NCBI RefSeq assembly: GCF_000039765.1
Contig: NC_004459.3
Coordinates: 1,650,001 to 1,682,000 of the forward strand
Source of the DNA: Vibrio vulnificus CMCP6
GTDB lineage: Bacteria > Pseudomonadota > Gammaproteobacteria > Enterobacterales > Vibrionaceae
Direction of reading: 5' to 3'
Length of the DNA stretch: 32,000 nt
A program made the position numbers and the translations under genes. The notes beneath the pieces were generated by a model that was given only the letters and a program-made list of their open reading frames with translations, had not been told where the DNA came from and searched no databases. This document shows positions 1-7,715 of the stretch, piece after piece. Position 1 is the first letter of the stretch, and the number at the start of each line of letters is the position of its first letter.

Positions 1-708
1 ACCCAATAGCTGGTCGTTGTTTGCGATCTGAGGTACACGCAGACAGTCAACTTCTAGGTTCGCAGAATCCCAGTAGTTAGGGTTACGACACTGAATGTAT
101 AGCTGAGGAGTGAAGGTGTCGATAACCGTAAATGGACCAGTACCTACAGGGTTTTCGTTCGTGAATGTTGTTGGATCTTTCACTTCTTTCCATACGTGCT
201 CAGCAACGATAGGAACAAGAGAAATTTCGTAAGGTACGTTTGAGTTAGCTTCGCTTAGACGGAAACGAACTTGGTAGTCATTCAGTTTCTCTACGCTAGT
301 TACCCACTTGTTGATACCACGTTGGTCAAGTTCTGGTTTGTTCTTAAGTAGAGCATAAGAGAACACAACGTCGTCAGCATTGAATGCTTGACCGTCAGAC
401 CATTTAACACCTTTACGGATGTCAAACGTTACGCTCATTAGGTCATCAGACATGCGGAAGTCTTCAGCAAGACGCATAACTGGCGTGTTGCCGTGCATCT
501 CATTGAAAACAACTAGTGGCTCATAGATGAAGTCCGTTGTTGTGCGAAGGTTAGTCGCCAAGTACGGGTTAAAGTTACGTACCATTGTAGGGTAAAAATC
601 AGGTACGATGGTCAGCTCACTACGAGCTGCCGCTGGTGCTGAAATGCTGGTCGCTGCTGCGGCGATAACTGCAGTTGCTAGAGCTGTCTTTTTAATATTG
701 GCAAGCAT
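1..708 (-). CDS. cbp: Periplasmic chitooligosaccharide-binding protein (family-5 ABC substrate-binding protein). N-terminal 236 codons only; the 3' end lies beyond the left window edge. Likely first gene of the chb (GlcNAc)2 operon.
   Basis: Not in the ORF track because it is open at the edge. My translation of the minus strand from ATG (complement of 706-708) gives MLANIKKTALATAVIAAAATSISAPAAARSELTIVPDFYPTMVRNFNPYLATNLRTTTDFIYEPLVVFNEMHGNTPVMRLAEDF... with no stop down to position 1. It has a Sec signal peptide (AAA|RS) and an AGGA SD about 7 nt upstream, and looks OppA/DppA-like. Position next to chiS matches V. cholerae VC0620 by memory. Confidence 0.8.
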   Translation of the reverse strand, partial: MLANIKKTALATAVIAAAATSISAPAAARSELTIVPDFYPTMVRNFNPYLATNLRTTTDFIYEPLVVFNEMHGNTPVMRLAEDFRMSDDLMSVTFDIRKGVKWSDGQAFNADDVVFSYALLKNKPELDQRGINKWVTSVEKLNDYQVRFRLSEANSNVPYEISLVPIVAEHVWKEVKDPTTFTNENPVGTGPFTVIDTFTPQLYIQCRNPNYWDSANLEVDCLRVPQIANNDQLLG

Positions 709-872
709 AGCTGTTCCTTACTATTTTGCTTTCATTTCACAATGTTTGGAATGTCATCAATTGATAAACACTCTCCAAGACCTACCTCTGATAATCATTT
801 ACCAAAGTGGCCTGTAGGCCTTAGGCAAGGCTAAGAAAACACCTTAGCGAGAAAATAATCAAATAGCATTCC

Positions 873-913
873 CGTTAAAAACGTTAAAACTCCTAACAAC
901 TCCGTTATAAACG
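873..913. repeat. Two 11-bp near-palindromes, CGTTAAAAACG (873-883) and CGTTATAAACG (903-913), 30 bp centre to centre. A third half-copy CGTTAAAA lies at 882-889. Candidate activator (ChiS?) binding sites in the chb promoter region.
   Basis: Read directly from the sequence. Each element is CGTT-N3-AACG. The centres lie about 170 and 200 bp upstream of the cbp ATG. The repeat is observed; its function is inferred. Confidence 0.55.
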
Positions 914-1124
914 TCATTTTTTTTATCTGAGTTGGTTTTTTGAGCAAAAAATGGACATTGATGTGTGTCGCATTGTTCTTAATGTAGGTAGGTGTCTGTT
1001 AGTGGTTACTTACCTCTCTGGCTCTTTGTACTATAGATATTAGGCTTCTGGTTCTAAATGAGGATCTCGCTCACACAGCAAAATGACGTTAATTAATCGA
1101 CAAAAATTTAATCTGCCGTTCTGT

Positions 1125-1140
1125 TGTGATTGATCTCGCA
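1125..1140. promoter_or_regulatory. CRP-like site TGTGA-TTGATC-TCGCA
   Basis: Matches 9 of 10 positions of TGTGA-N6-TCACA with correct 6-bp spacing. It lies about 420 bp upstream of the cbp ATG, so its target promoter is uncertain. Confidence 0.3.
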
Positions 1141-1590
1141 ATATGGTTTAAAAGTCCCCACTTTAGGCGAGAGTAATGGTTTGTACGATGAAAAAATGGC
1201 ATTTTTTTCGCACTGAGTGATGGTTATTTTTAACTGAGAATAAAGTGCGTATTGGGCATATCTGCGTGGTTTTTATTCGCACATCATTAGCGGTGTTTAC
1301 CACTTCATTTCTGCAGCGAAGGGGACAAGCAAAGGCAAAACATAACGCGCAGGTATCCCGCCTATATGGATGTGAGAGCGGTTTACCCTGCAATAACCGT
1401 AGGCGAGCAAGCGTTTCCTATAATCGTAAAGACATCCCCTAGCGCGTTTGCGCTTTAAGAGTAGTAGAGAGGCTCGAAATATCGTCAAGGACGTGTTGCG
1501 CTGTCTGATGACGGTAGAGCATGCTCATCAACACTGGAGTTGATATTGCTTGTTCTGAGGGGAAGTACGCAACTATCTGAAAGTTGGGCA

Positions 1591-1620
1591 AATGAAAAGC
1601 CCGACTCTTTCGAATCGGGC
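1591..1620 (-). terminator. Rho-independent terminator of chiS
   Basis: On the minus strand: GCCCGATTC-GAAA-GAGTCGGGC (9-bp stem, one mismatch) followed by TTTTCATTT. It sits 29 nt after the chiS stop. Confidence 0.75.
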
Positions 1621-1648
1621 TGAAGTTAACGATAGACGCCCAACATTA

Positions 1649-4600
1649 TTAGCTGGTGAGCAGGCGTTGTAATTTATCTCGCTGCATCTCAATGTAAGTA
1701 CGCTCAGGACTTTGCTCTTTACAGTGCTCCAGAATGTACTCAATAGAACTCAACACGGTTCTCCAACGCGGCGTTTTTGGCAAGGTTTCAATTCGCATGT
1801 ATTTATCAAGTGTGCGAGTTTGTAGCGTGCTGCGGTCGAGATAAACACGCCATAAACCACTTTGTTCAGCAAAGGTAAATTTGTTTTCACCTGTCACTGA
1901 CTCCCAATAATCGAGTGCATGCGTCATCAAATCCACGAGGACTTCACGCATCAGCTCTTGCTTATTCTTATTGGTACCCAGCGCTTTGTCGGCCAGGCGA
2001 GTAAATTCTCCCCCTAGCTCTTTGAGGCTCTGTAAGCGCTCTTTGTCACCATCAAAGGCATAGCTTGAAAGGACTTCTACGGCGGTTTCTAGGTTGTGCA
2101 CACGAGAAGCAGCAGCGCCTCCCCCGACATTAAAGATAAACATCGCATCAAGGCCAGACCCTTCTGGTAGTTTAAGGATATCCGTTTCAATATGCTGTCG
2201 AACATCGTCGACATAGATATCGATATTGCCGCAATAGTGCTGCTGTTTGACGGTTAAATATTTGGGTGCAATAAGTTCTTCTGCGTTTGAGCGCTTGAGT
2301 TGCTCTAAGCTGCGTTTGAACAGTTTACAGGCCGCGTCATTGGCAAAGCGAATACGCTTATCTTCACGAATACAGATAATGGCTTCTGGGGCCGATTCCA
2401 ATTGTTCTAATAAACGCCCTTGTGTTTCCAGTAAGCTCGCTTCTACCATAGCACGTTGGCGAAGCTCCGCTTCAAGGCGATTATTTTCCAAGCGACGAGC
2501 TTCTGCTTTACTTGCCATTAAATGCGCTTTAATTCGGGCCGCAAGCTCTTGCTTATTAAATGGTTTGGTTAAGTAATCATTGGCCCCAGCTTCGAATCCT
2601 CGCACGCGATCTTCGCTCTGACTCAACGCCGTTAGCATGATAATAGGCAATTCTGCCATGTCGTATTGCTGTCGGAGTTGATGGCAAACTTGATAACCGC
2701 TCATGCCTGGCATCATTATGTCGAGCAACAGCAAGGCGGGTTTTTCATGTTCAATGAGTTCGAGAGTGTCTGGGCCATCTGAGGCCGTTTGCACTCGGTA
2801 CCCTTCGATGCGTAGGAAACTTTCAAGCACGCGTAAGTTGACGGGTTCATCATCGGCCACAATCAGTAGCGGACCATTGGGATTTTCTGGCAGTGAGGAA
2901 TTATCTAATGAGATCAATTCATTGCTATCTGGCGCTTGGAAGTGATGTTGATTTTGCATGACTTCCGTGGCACTGATTTCGTCTGCGCTGGCCAATGGCA
3001 AGGTGAAGCTAAAGGTGGTGCCAACCATAGGTTGACTGCTGACGTAGAGCGATCCTCCCATTAACTCGATAAGCTGACGGCTAATGGAAAGTCCCAGACC
3101 GGCACCTTGGCGATAACGACCAGAGTCGCGACCAGCTTGAATAAGCGGTTCGAAAATATGCTCCAACTGTTCTGCGGGAATGCCTTGGCCGGTATCGACG
3201 ACTTGCACTCGAACTTTATCGTCAACCACATTGGCGGAAATGACGATTTTCCCTTCAGTGGTGTATTTGATCGCGTTGCCAATAAGGTTATACAGCACCT
3301 GTTCTAATCGCTGTGGATCGGCAGATACCGGCGCAACATCGTTAGAAACCTGATTAATGATGCGCAGAGTTTTGTTGCCCAATAAATGGTGAGAGAGCTC
3401 TAATACCAGTCGAGTTGCACTGGCCAAATTGACGGCGGACTTTTGAATATCCAAACTGCCATAGCGCATTTTGTGGTAGTCAAGCAAGTCATCCACAAGC
3501 GTAGCTAAGCGCTGGCCACTCTTAATAATAATGTCCAGTTGATAGCGCTGGTTAGAGGGCAGTGGGCCGTTTGCCCCTGAGATGAGGGTTTCTGCAATAC
3601 CAATCATGCCATGCAGTGGAGTGCGTAGCTCATGAGAGGTCGTCGCCAAAAATTCATCTTTGAGCTTATCGGCCAATTGCAATTCGTCATTTTGCTTTTG
3701 AATCAGTTGTAGATTTTTCTCTAGCTCCGCATTTTGCGTTTTAATGAGCTGAATTTTATCGCGAATAGAGCGTTGCATTCGTTCAAAACTGATCGCTAAA
3801 CGGCCAATTTCGTCTTTGCGCTCGGTATTAATCATGTTTTCATCGAGATCACCTGCAGAAACGCGCTCTGCAGCCCAAGTGAGTTTGAGTAGTGGTGAGG
3901 TGATGAAATTCGATAAGTAGTGAGATGAGATAAACACCAGCACGATCGCAATCAACATAGCGATGACGAACAGTTTTTCTAACTGATGAATGCGTGCAAA
4001 CGCTTCTTTCTCCGGCAACTGAACCACTAACGCCCAGGTTTGACCTTTGAATGAAATTGGCGCATAGGCGGCGATGGTCGCCTCATCGCTGCTGTTGATA
4101 TAAGTCCCCACATCCGTCAGTCCCGCGAGGGCCTTATCGACCACTTCAATACTGCTTTCGATATCGGTTTGCTTTGTGGTCATCGTGCGAGGTAAGTGGT
4201 CACTTCCAACCAGCAAAGTGTGGATAGCTGCATCTTTATTGATGTCTGCAATCAGTTTAGTGATGCCATTGTTGGGTAGCCTGAACATGGCGTAGCTGTG
4301 CAGATAGCCTTGCTGGATGATCGGTGCACCCAACCAAGCGACTTGTTTGCCATCTTCAACCGAGAAGTCGGAAATATAGACGGGGGTATAGTCTTCGTTT
4401 TGCTTGCGTTTTTCGCTGACGTCATTGGCCAATTGACGGAAGCTTTTGCCGAGCATGCTCTCTTTAAAAGGCCCTTCAATTAAGTTTGTGCCAAAGTTTT
4501 CATTTTTGTAGATGGAGTAGGTGACGTTGCCATCGAGATCCACCAACAAAATATCGTCAAAATCGGAGCGCTTCAAAAGCTCCAAATAGGCCCAGTGATA

Positions 4601-5038
4601 GCGCTTATGTAGTAAACGGTAGCGTTCACTACCAACAAAAGAGCTGGATTCCGGTAAAATCGACGTTTTTATTTGATCGCCAGACCCCTGAATATAGCGC
4701 TGTTGAGCGTTTTCTCGAGCCTGTTCCATATCCACGCCTAAGCTTTTGAAGGCGTTGACAAGCCCGTAAAATCGGCCACCACTCGCGTAAGCCAACTCTG
4801 AACGGACAAATCCCATCACTTCCGTTTCTTGTGCTTGGAAATAATCCAGGATCTGTTGTTGTTTGGTGTCTCGAACAGAAAGCAGGTGAGAAGTGCTCTG
4901 TTCTTGGAGATCTTTACTGTGTGATTGCAAAAAGAAAATCGCTGTGATGGTTAATGGCGTGATACTCAGCACCAAAAACGCAGTCATCAGAGTACTTTGA
5001 AGGCGTTTAAACTTCTGTTTGCGATAAAACTTAAACAT
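1649..5038 (-). CDS. chiS: Chitin-responsive hybrid sensor histidine kinase ChiS. Domain order: TM, large periplasmic domain, TM, HAMP, coiled coil, HisKA, HATPase, REC, PAS-like segment, C-terminal non-canonical DNA-binding region.
   Basis: 1129-aa ORF. H-box TTSHELRTPLHG, with the His at residue 469 by my count, which matches remembered ChiS H469. G-boxes DTGQGI and GAGLGLSI. Receiver motifs LLIVADDEP...LLLLDIMMPGMSGY...KPF. About 280 aa follow the receiver. Adjacent to the chb operon. Confidence 0.85.
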   Translation of the reverse strand: MFKFYRKQKFKRLQSTLMTAFLVLSITPLTITAIFFLQSHSKDLQEQSTSHLLSVRDTKQQQILDYFQAQETEVMGFVRSELAYASGGRFYGLVNAFKSLGVDMEQARENAQQRYIQGSGDQIKTSILPESSSFVGSERYRLLHKRYHWAYLELLKRSDFDDILLVDLDGNVTYSIYKNENFGTNLIEGPFKESMLGKSFRQLANDVSEKRKQNEDYTPVYISDFSVEDGKQVAWLGAPIIQQGYLHSYAMFRLPNNGITKLIADINKDAAIHTLLVGSDHLPRTMTTKQTDIESSIEVVDKALAGLTDVGTYINSSDEATIAAYAPISFKGQTWALVVQLPEKEAFARIHQLEKLFVIAMLIAIVLVFISSHYLSNFITSPLLKLTWAAERVSAGDLDENMINTERKDEIGRLAISFERMQRSIRDKIQLIKTQNAELEKNLQLIQKQNDELQLADKLKDEFLATTSHELRTPLHGMIGIAETLISGANGPLPSNQRYQLDIIIKSGQRLATLVDDLLDYHKMRYGSLDIQKSAVNLASATRLVLELSHHLLGNKTLRIINQVSNDVAPVSADPQRLEQVLYNLIGNAIKYTTEGKIVISANVVDDKVRVQVVDTGQGIPAEQLEHIFEPLIQAGRDSGRYRQGAGLGLSISRQLIELMGGSLYVSSQPMVGTTFSFTLPLASADEISATEVMQNQHHFQAPDSNELISLDNSSLPENPNGPLLIVADDEPVNLRVLESFLRIEGYRVQTASDGPDTLELIEHEKPALLLLDIMMPGMSGYQVCHQLRQQYDMAELPIIMLTALSQSEDRVRGFEAGANDYLTKPFNKQELAARIKAHLMASKAEARRLENNRLEAELRQRAMVEASLLETQGRLLEQLESAPEAIICIREDKRIRFANDAACKLFKRSLEQLKRSNAEELIAPKYLTVKQQHYCGNIDIYVDDVRQHIETDILKLPEGSGLDAMFIFNVGGGAAASRVHNLETAVEVLSSYAFDGDKERLQSLKELGGEFTRLADKALGTNKNKQELMREVLVDLMTHALDYWESVTGENKFTFAEQSGLWRVYLDRSTLQTRTLDKYMRIETLPKTPRWRTVLSSIEYILEHCKEQSPERTYIEMQRDKLQRLLTS

Positions 5039-5245
5039 ACAATTTCGTCAAGGTTGTGAAGACAAGGTTTCGAATCAAAGTTGTGAATGCATGAATTTAC
5101 TCTCGTTCAAGGCCAGTTTTGCGGAGATAAGAGTAAAAGGATTCAAATTTAACGAAATTAACGAGTTTTTTTACTTTGACAAGTAAGTTGTCATCAATTC
5201 GTGGAGAGTGGCGCAAAAATATCGAATGGGTGATGGAAATTGAGC

Positions 5246-5274
5246 AAAAGCAGCACAGTTAGACGCTGTGCTGC
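5246..5274 (-). terminator. Rho-independent terminator of rsmC
   Basis: Minus strand: GCAGCACAG-cgtctaa-CTGTGCTGC followed by TTTTGCTC. It lies 10 nt after the rsmC stop. Confidence 0.7.
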
Positions 5275-5284
5275 AGAAGAATCG

Positions 5285-6307
5285 TTATTTGCTGGCGTGG
5301 TATATCGAGAACTTATTGGTCTTATTTAGAGTCGCGCAATTACTGAATGCTTGCTCAATAATAGGTGGGTATTTGAGGAAGCTGTTTGCTACGATGATCA
5401 ATTCGCCTTGCTTGTTCAAATACTGTGGCGCTTGGCCTAATAGTGTTTCAGCCGCTTTGTAATTGGTGTCCAAACCACTGTGAAATGGAGGGTTAGAGAT
5501 GATAAAACGATAGTCATCAGCAGTATCGGAGTAGATGTCTGAAGCGAAAACGCGGCCTTGCAAACCATTGGCTGCCAGAGTTGCCTCACTTGACGCTAAC
5601 GCGTATGCATTGATGTCACACATCTCGAGTTCGATAGCTGGGTTGCGCTTGGCCATGAATGCGCCAATAACACCAGCACCACAACCAAAATCCAACACCT
5701 TGCCACTTAAAGAGGGAAGCGTTTCCAGCAGTAATTGACTGCCTAAATCAAACTCGCCATGGCTAAAGACACCCGGTAGGCTTTGAATCTCTAATTGTTG
5801 TCCGTGAATATTGATGGAGTAATGACGGAACCAATCGGCTTGATTAAAGGCGTTTGGTTGCGTGTTGCATTGCCCCCAATAAAAGGAGCAGCGACGAGCT
5901 GAATCGTACTTGTTGACGGGGCCATACGCTTGGAACATTTTTTCGATGCTTTTAACACCAGAGCGATTCTCACCCACCACGACAATTTCGCAGCCAGAAC
6001 CCAACTTAGCCAGCAGCATGGCGAGGAGATATTCCGCCTCTGCTTTTGCCTTTGGCCAGTAAAGCAGTAAGAGATCAGCTTGGCTATCTGCCTCAAGTTG
6101 CGAGCCAAAGTAGCTGGTGATCGTTGAATGGGCGCGAATTTGACGGAAATAGCTGTAATTCGACGTGAACACACTCACCGATTCACAGTGTTCAGCCAGT
6201 TCGAGTGGAAACAAATCTTCAACTTCCCCTGCGACGAGCACGTGCTTTCCGTTGAAATAGTCGAGTTGTCGTTGGGCAATTTGGCTAGGAGCAGTATAGG
6301 CAGACAT
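5285..6307 (-). CDS. rsmC: 16S rRNA (guanine1207-N2)-methyltransferase RsmC
   Basis: 340 aa (E. coli RsmC is about 343 aa). SAM motif [12 protein letters not shown] and catalytic NPPFH. The N-terminus resembles E. coli RsmC. Confidence 0.85.
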   Translation of the reverse strand: MSAYTAPSQIAQRQLDYFNGKHVLVAGEVEDLFPLELAEHCESVSVFTSNYSYFRQIRAHSTITSYFGSQLEADSQADLLLLYWPKAKAEAEYLLAMLLAKLGSGCEIVVVGENRSGVKSIEKMFQAYGPVNKYDSARRCSFYWGQCNTQPNAFNQADWFRHYSINIHGQQLEIQSLPGVFSHGEFDLGSQLLLETLPSLSGKVLDFGCGAGVIGAFMAKRNPAIELEMCDINAYALASSEATLAANGLQGRVFASDIYSDTADDYRFIISNPPFHSGLDTNYKAAETLLGQAPQYLNKQGELIIVANSFLKYPPIIEQAFSNCATLNKTNKFSIYHASK

Positions 6308-6324
6308 GAAGTGGCGTCAGTTAG

Positions 6325-6358
6325 AAAAAAGTGGGCAGATTTTCTCATAATCTGCCCA
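6325..6358 (-). terminator. Rho-independent terminator of the AI-2E-family gene, ending 17 nt before the rsmC start codon
   Basis: Minus strand: TGGGCAGATT-atgagaa-AATCTGCCCA (perfect 10-bp stem) followed by CTTTTTT. Confidence 0.75.
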
Positions 6359-6380
6359 GGACTTGAAGTAGTGGTGTTGG

Positions 6381-7466
6381 TTAGCTGTTGTCTTGCTGGT
6401 CAAGGAAGCCCTTAAACTCTTCCTCGTAAATATTAAATAGCACCATAGTGATAGCAAAAATCAGTGGCCCGTAGATCAGACCTATCAGTCCAAATAACTG
6501 AATCCCTCCCAATAGGGAGAAGAAGATCAGCAAGGTGTTCATTCCGCCACTGCCTTGCATTAAAAATGGTCTTAGTAAGTTATCTATTGAGCCAACAATA
6601 GCGATGCTCCAAATGGCAAGGAAGATAGCCCAACCAGTATCGCCGGTTAAGAACAAGTAGATGGTGGCCGGGATCCAAATAAGCGCGGTACCGACAACGG
6701 GAATGAAGGAAGCAAAGCCCATCATGGTGCCCCAGAAGAGCCCTGGGAAGCCCGCAAGCCACATCCCTAAACCACCGGCAATCCCTTGTGCAATCGCGGT
6801 GAGAAAAGAGCCCATTACCGCAGATTTAGAGACATTTTCAATCTCACTCAGCAGCTTATCTTCTTGGCTACGCGATAAGGGCAGAATATGACGAATCGCA
6901 CTGATGATTTTGTCGTGATCGCGCAATAAGAAAAAGAGCACAAACAGCATCAAGAAAAAATCCATCAGGAAGTTGGTCGCGTCACCGAGTATTTTTGCAC
7001 TGATGGCAACCAAGTTTGAACCAAATGATGTGGCGAGTTGGCCAATTTTTTCTGCAATGGATTTGGCGTCAATATTGTCAAAAGGTAAGTACTCATTAAC
7101 CAGCTTTAGACCTTTAACAATCCACGGATGACCAAGCACTTGCTGGATACCGCCATGTGTCACCCACTGGTAGGTATTTTGCGAGAAAACAGACCCTTGC
7201 TGAACAATGGCAGCAAAAACAAACAACAAAGGCACAACGATAATAAAGGTTAAAACAACGCAAGAGAGCAAGGACGCCATATTGCGATGTTTGGGCATTT
7301 TGCTTTCAAACCAGTCGTGAATGGGAAACATCAATAGGGAAATGATGAACGCCATGATAATCGAGTTTATATAAGGCTCGACCAACAGGTAGCACGCAGT
7401 CCCTGCGGCTAACAACGCGACGATCAGCACCCAGTGGCTTGAGCTGATTTTAATTTTTTCTGGCAC
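6381..7466 (-). CDS. AI-2E family transporter (PerM/YdiK/UPF0118-like inner-membrane protein)
   Basis: 361-aa polytopic membrane protein with the typical family length and hydrophobic pattern. It starts at GTG without a clear SD, so the true start may differ slightly. Confidence 0.7.
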   Translation of the reverse strand: MPEKIKISSSHWVLIVALLAAGTACYLLVEPYINSIIMAFIISLLMFPIHDWFESKMPKHRNMASLLSCVVLTFIIVVPLLFVFAAIVQQGSVFSQNTYQWVTHGGIQQVLGHPWIVKGLKLVNEYLPFDNIDAKSIAEKIGQLATSFGSNLVAISAKILGDATNFLMDFFLMLFVLFFLLRDHDKIISAIRHILPLSRSQEDKLLSEIENVSKSAVMGSFLTAIAQGIAGGLGMWLAGFPGLFWGTMMGFASFIPVVGTALIWIPATIYLFLTGDTGWAIFLAIWSIAIVGSIDNLLRPFLMQGSGGMNTLLIFFSLLGGIQLFGLIGLIYGPLIFAITMVLFNIYEEEFKGFLDQQDNS

Positions 7467-7542
7467 GGTAACAGTCCAATTAGTTGCAGTCTGTGGCTAT
7501 AATGACCTGAAACTCGAAGCTTATCAACGCAATGGGGCGATT

Positions 7543-7659
7543 ATGGGTTGTTGTAATAATGAGAAAGGCTGTGAAGCGAGAAAAGCATCACGACGTATTC
7601 CTTGGTTCGCGGTGACCATTGGTGTGCTCGCGCTGTTGGTGATATTTAATTGGCAATGA
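7543..7659 (+). CDS. Candidate small membrane protein, 38 aa: MGCCNNEKGCEARKASRRIPWFAVTIGVLALLVIFNWQ
   Basis: Below the ORF-track size cut-off; found by reading the hemL/AI-2E intergenic region. A perfect TATAAT lies at 7498-7503 and GGGG 5 nt before the ATG. The protein has a basic stretch followed by a C-terminal TM helix. A strong terminator begins 2 nt after the stop. Confidence 0.45.
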   Translation: MGCCNNEKGCEARKASRRIPWFAVTIGVLALLVIFNWQ

Positions 7660-7660
7660 A

Positions 7661-7695
7661 AAAGGATCGCTGACTGCGATCCTTTCCTTATTTTT
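7661..7695. terminator. Bidirectional Rho-independent terminator (small ORF on plus, hemL on minus)
   Basis: AAAGGATCGC-tgact-GCGATCCTTT (10-bp stem). It is followed by a T-rich run on the plus strand and preceded by an A-run, which reads as a T-run on the minus strand. Confidence 0.8.
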
Positions 7696-7715
7696 GTCGT
7701 TGAGCGTTGGCAATC

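Noticed and set aside
608-817. 69-aa plus-strand ORF from the track
   Set aside because: It is antisense to the cbp signal-peptide region and start codon (Ala-rich mirror of the signal peptide). It has no SD, and it is explained by the real minus-strand gene at 1-708.
1163-1488. Three mutually overlapping ORFs (76, 65 and 63 aa) in the chiS-chb gap
   Set aside because: They have no SD sequences, Cys/Arg/His-rich low-plausibility composition, mutual overlap on both strands and no recognisable motif. One may correspond to an old hypothetical annotation, but I cannot support any of them as a gene.
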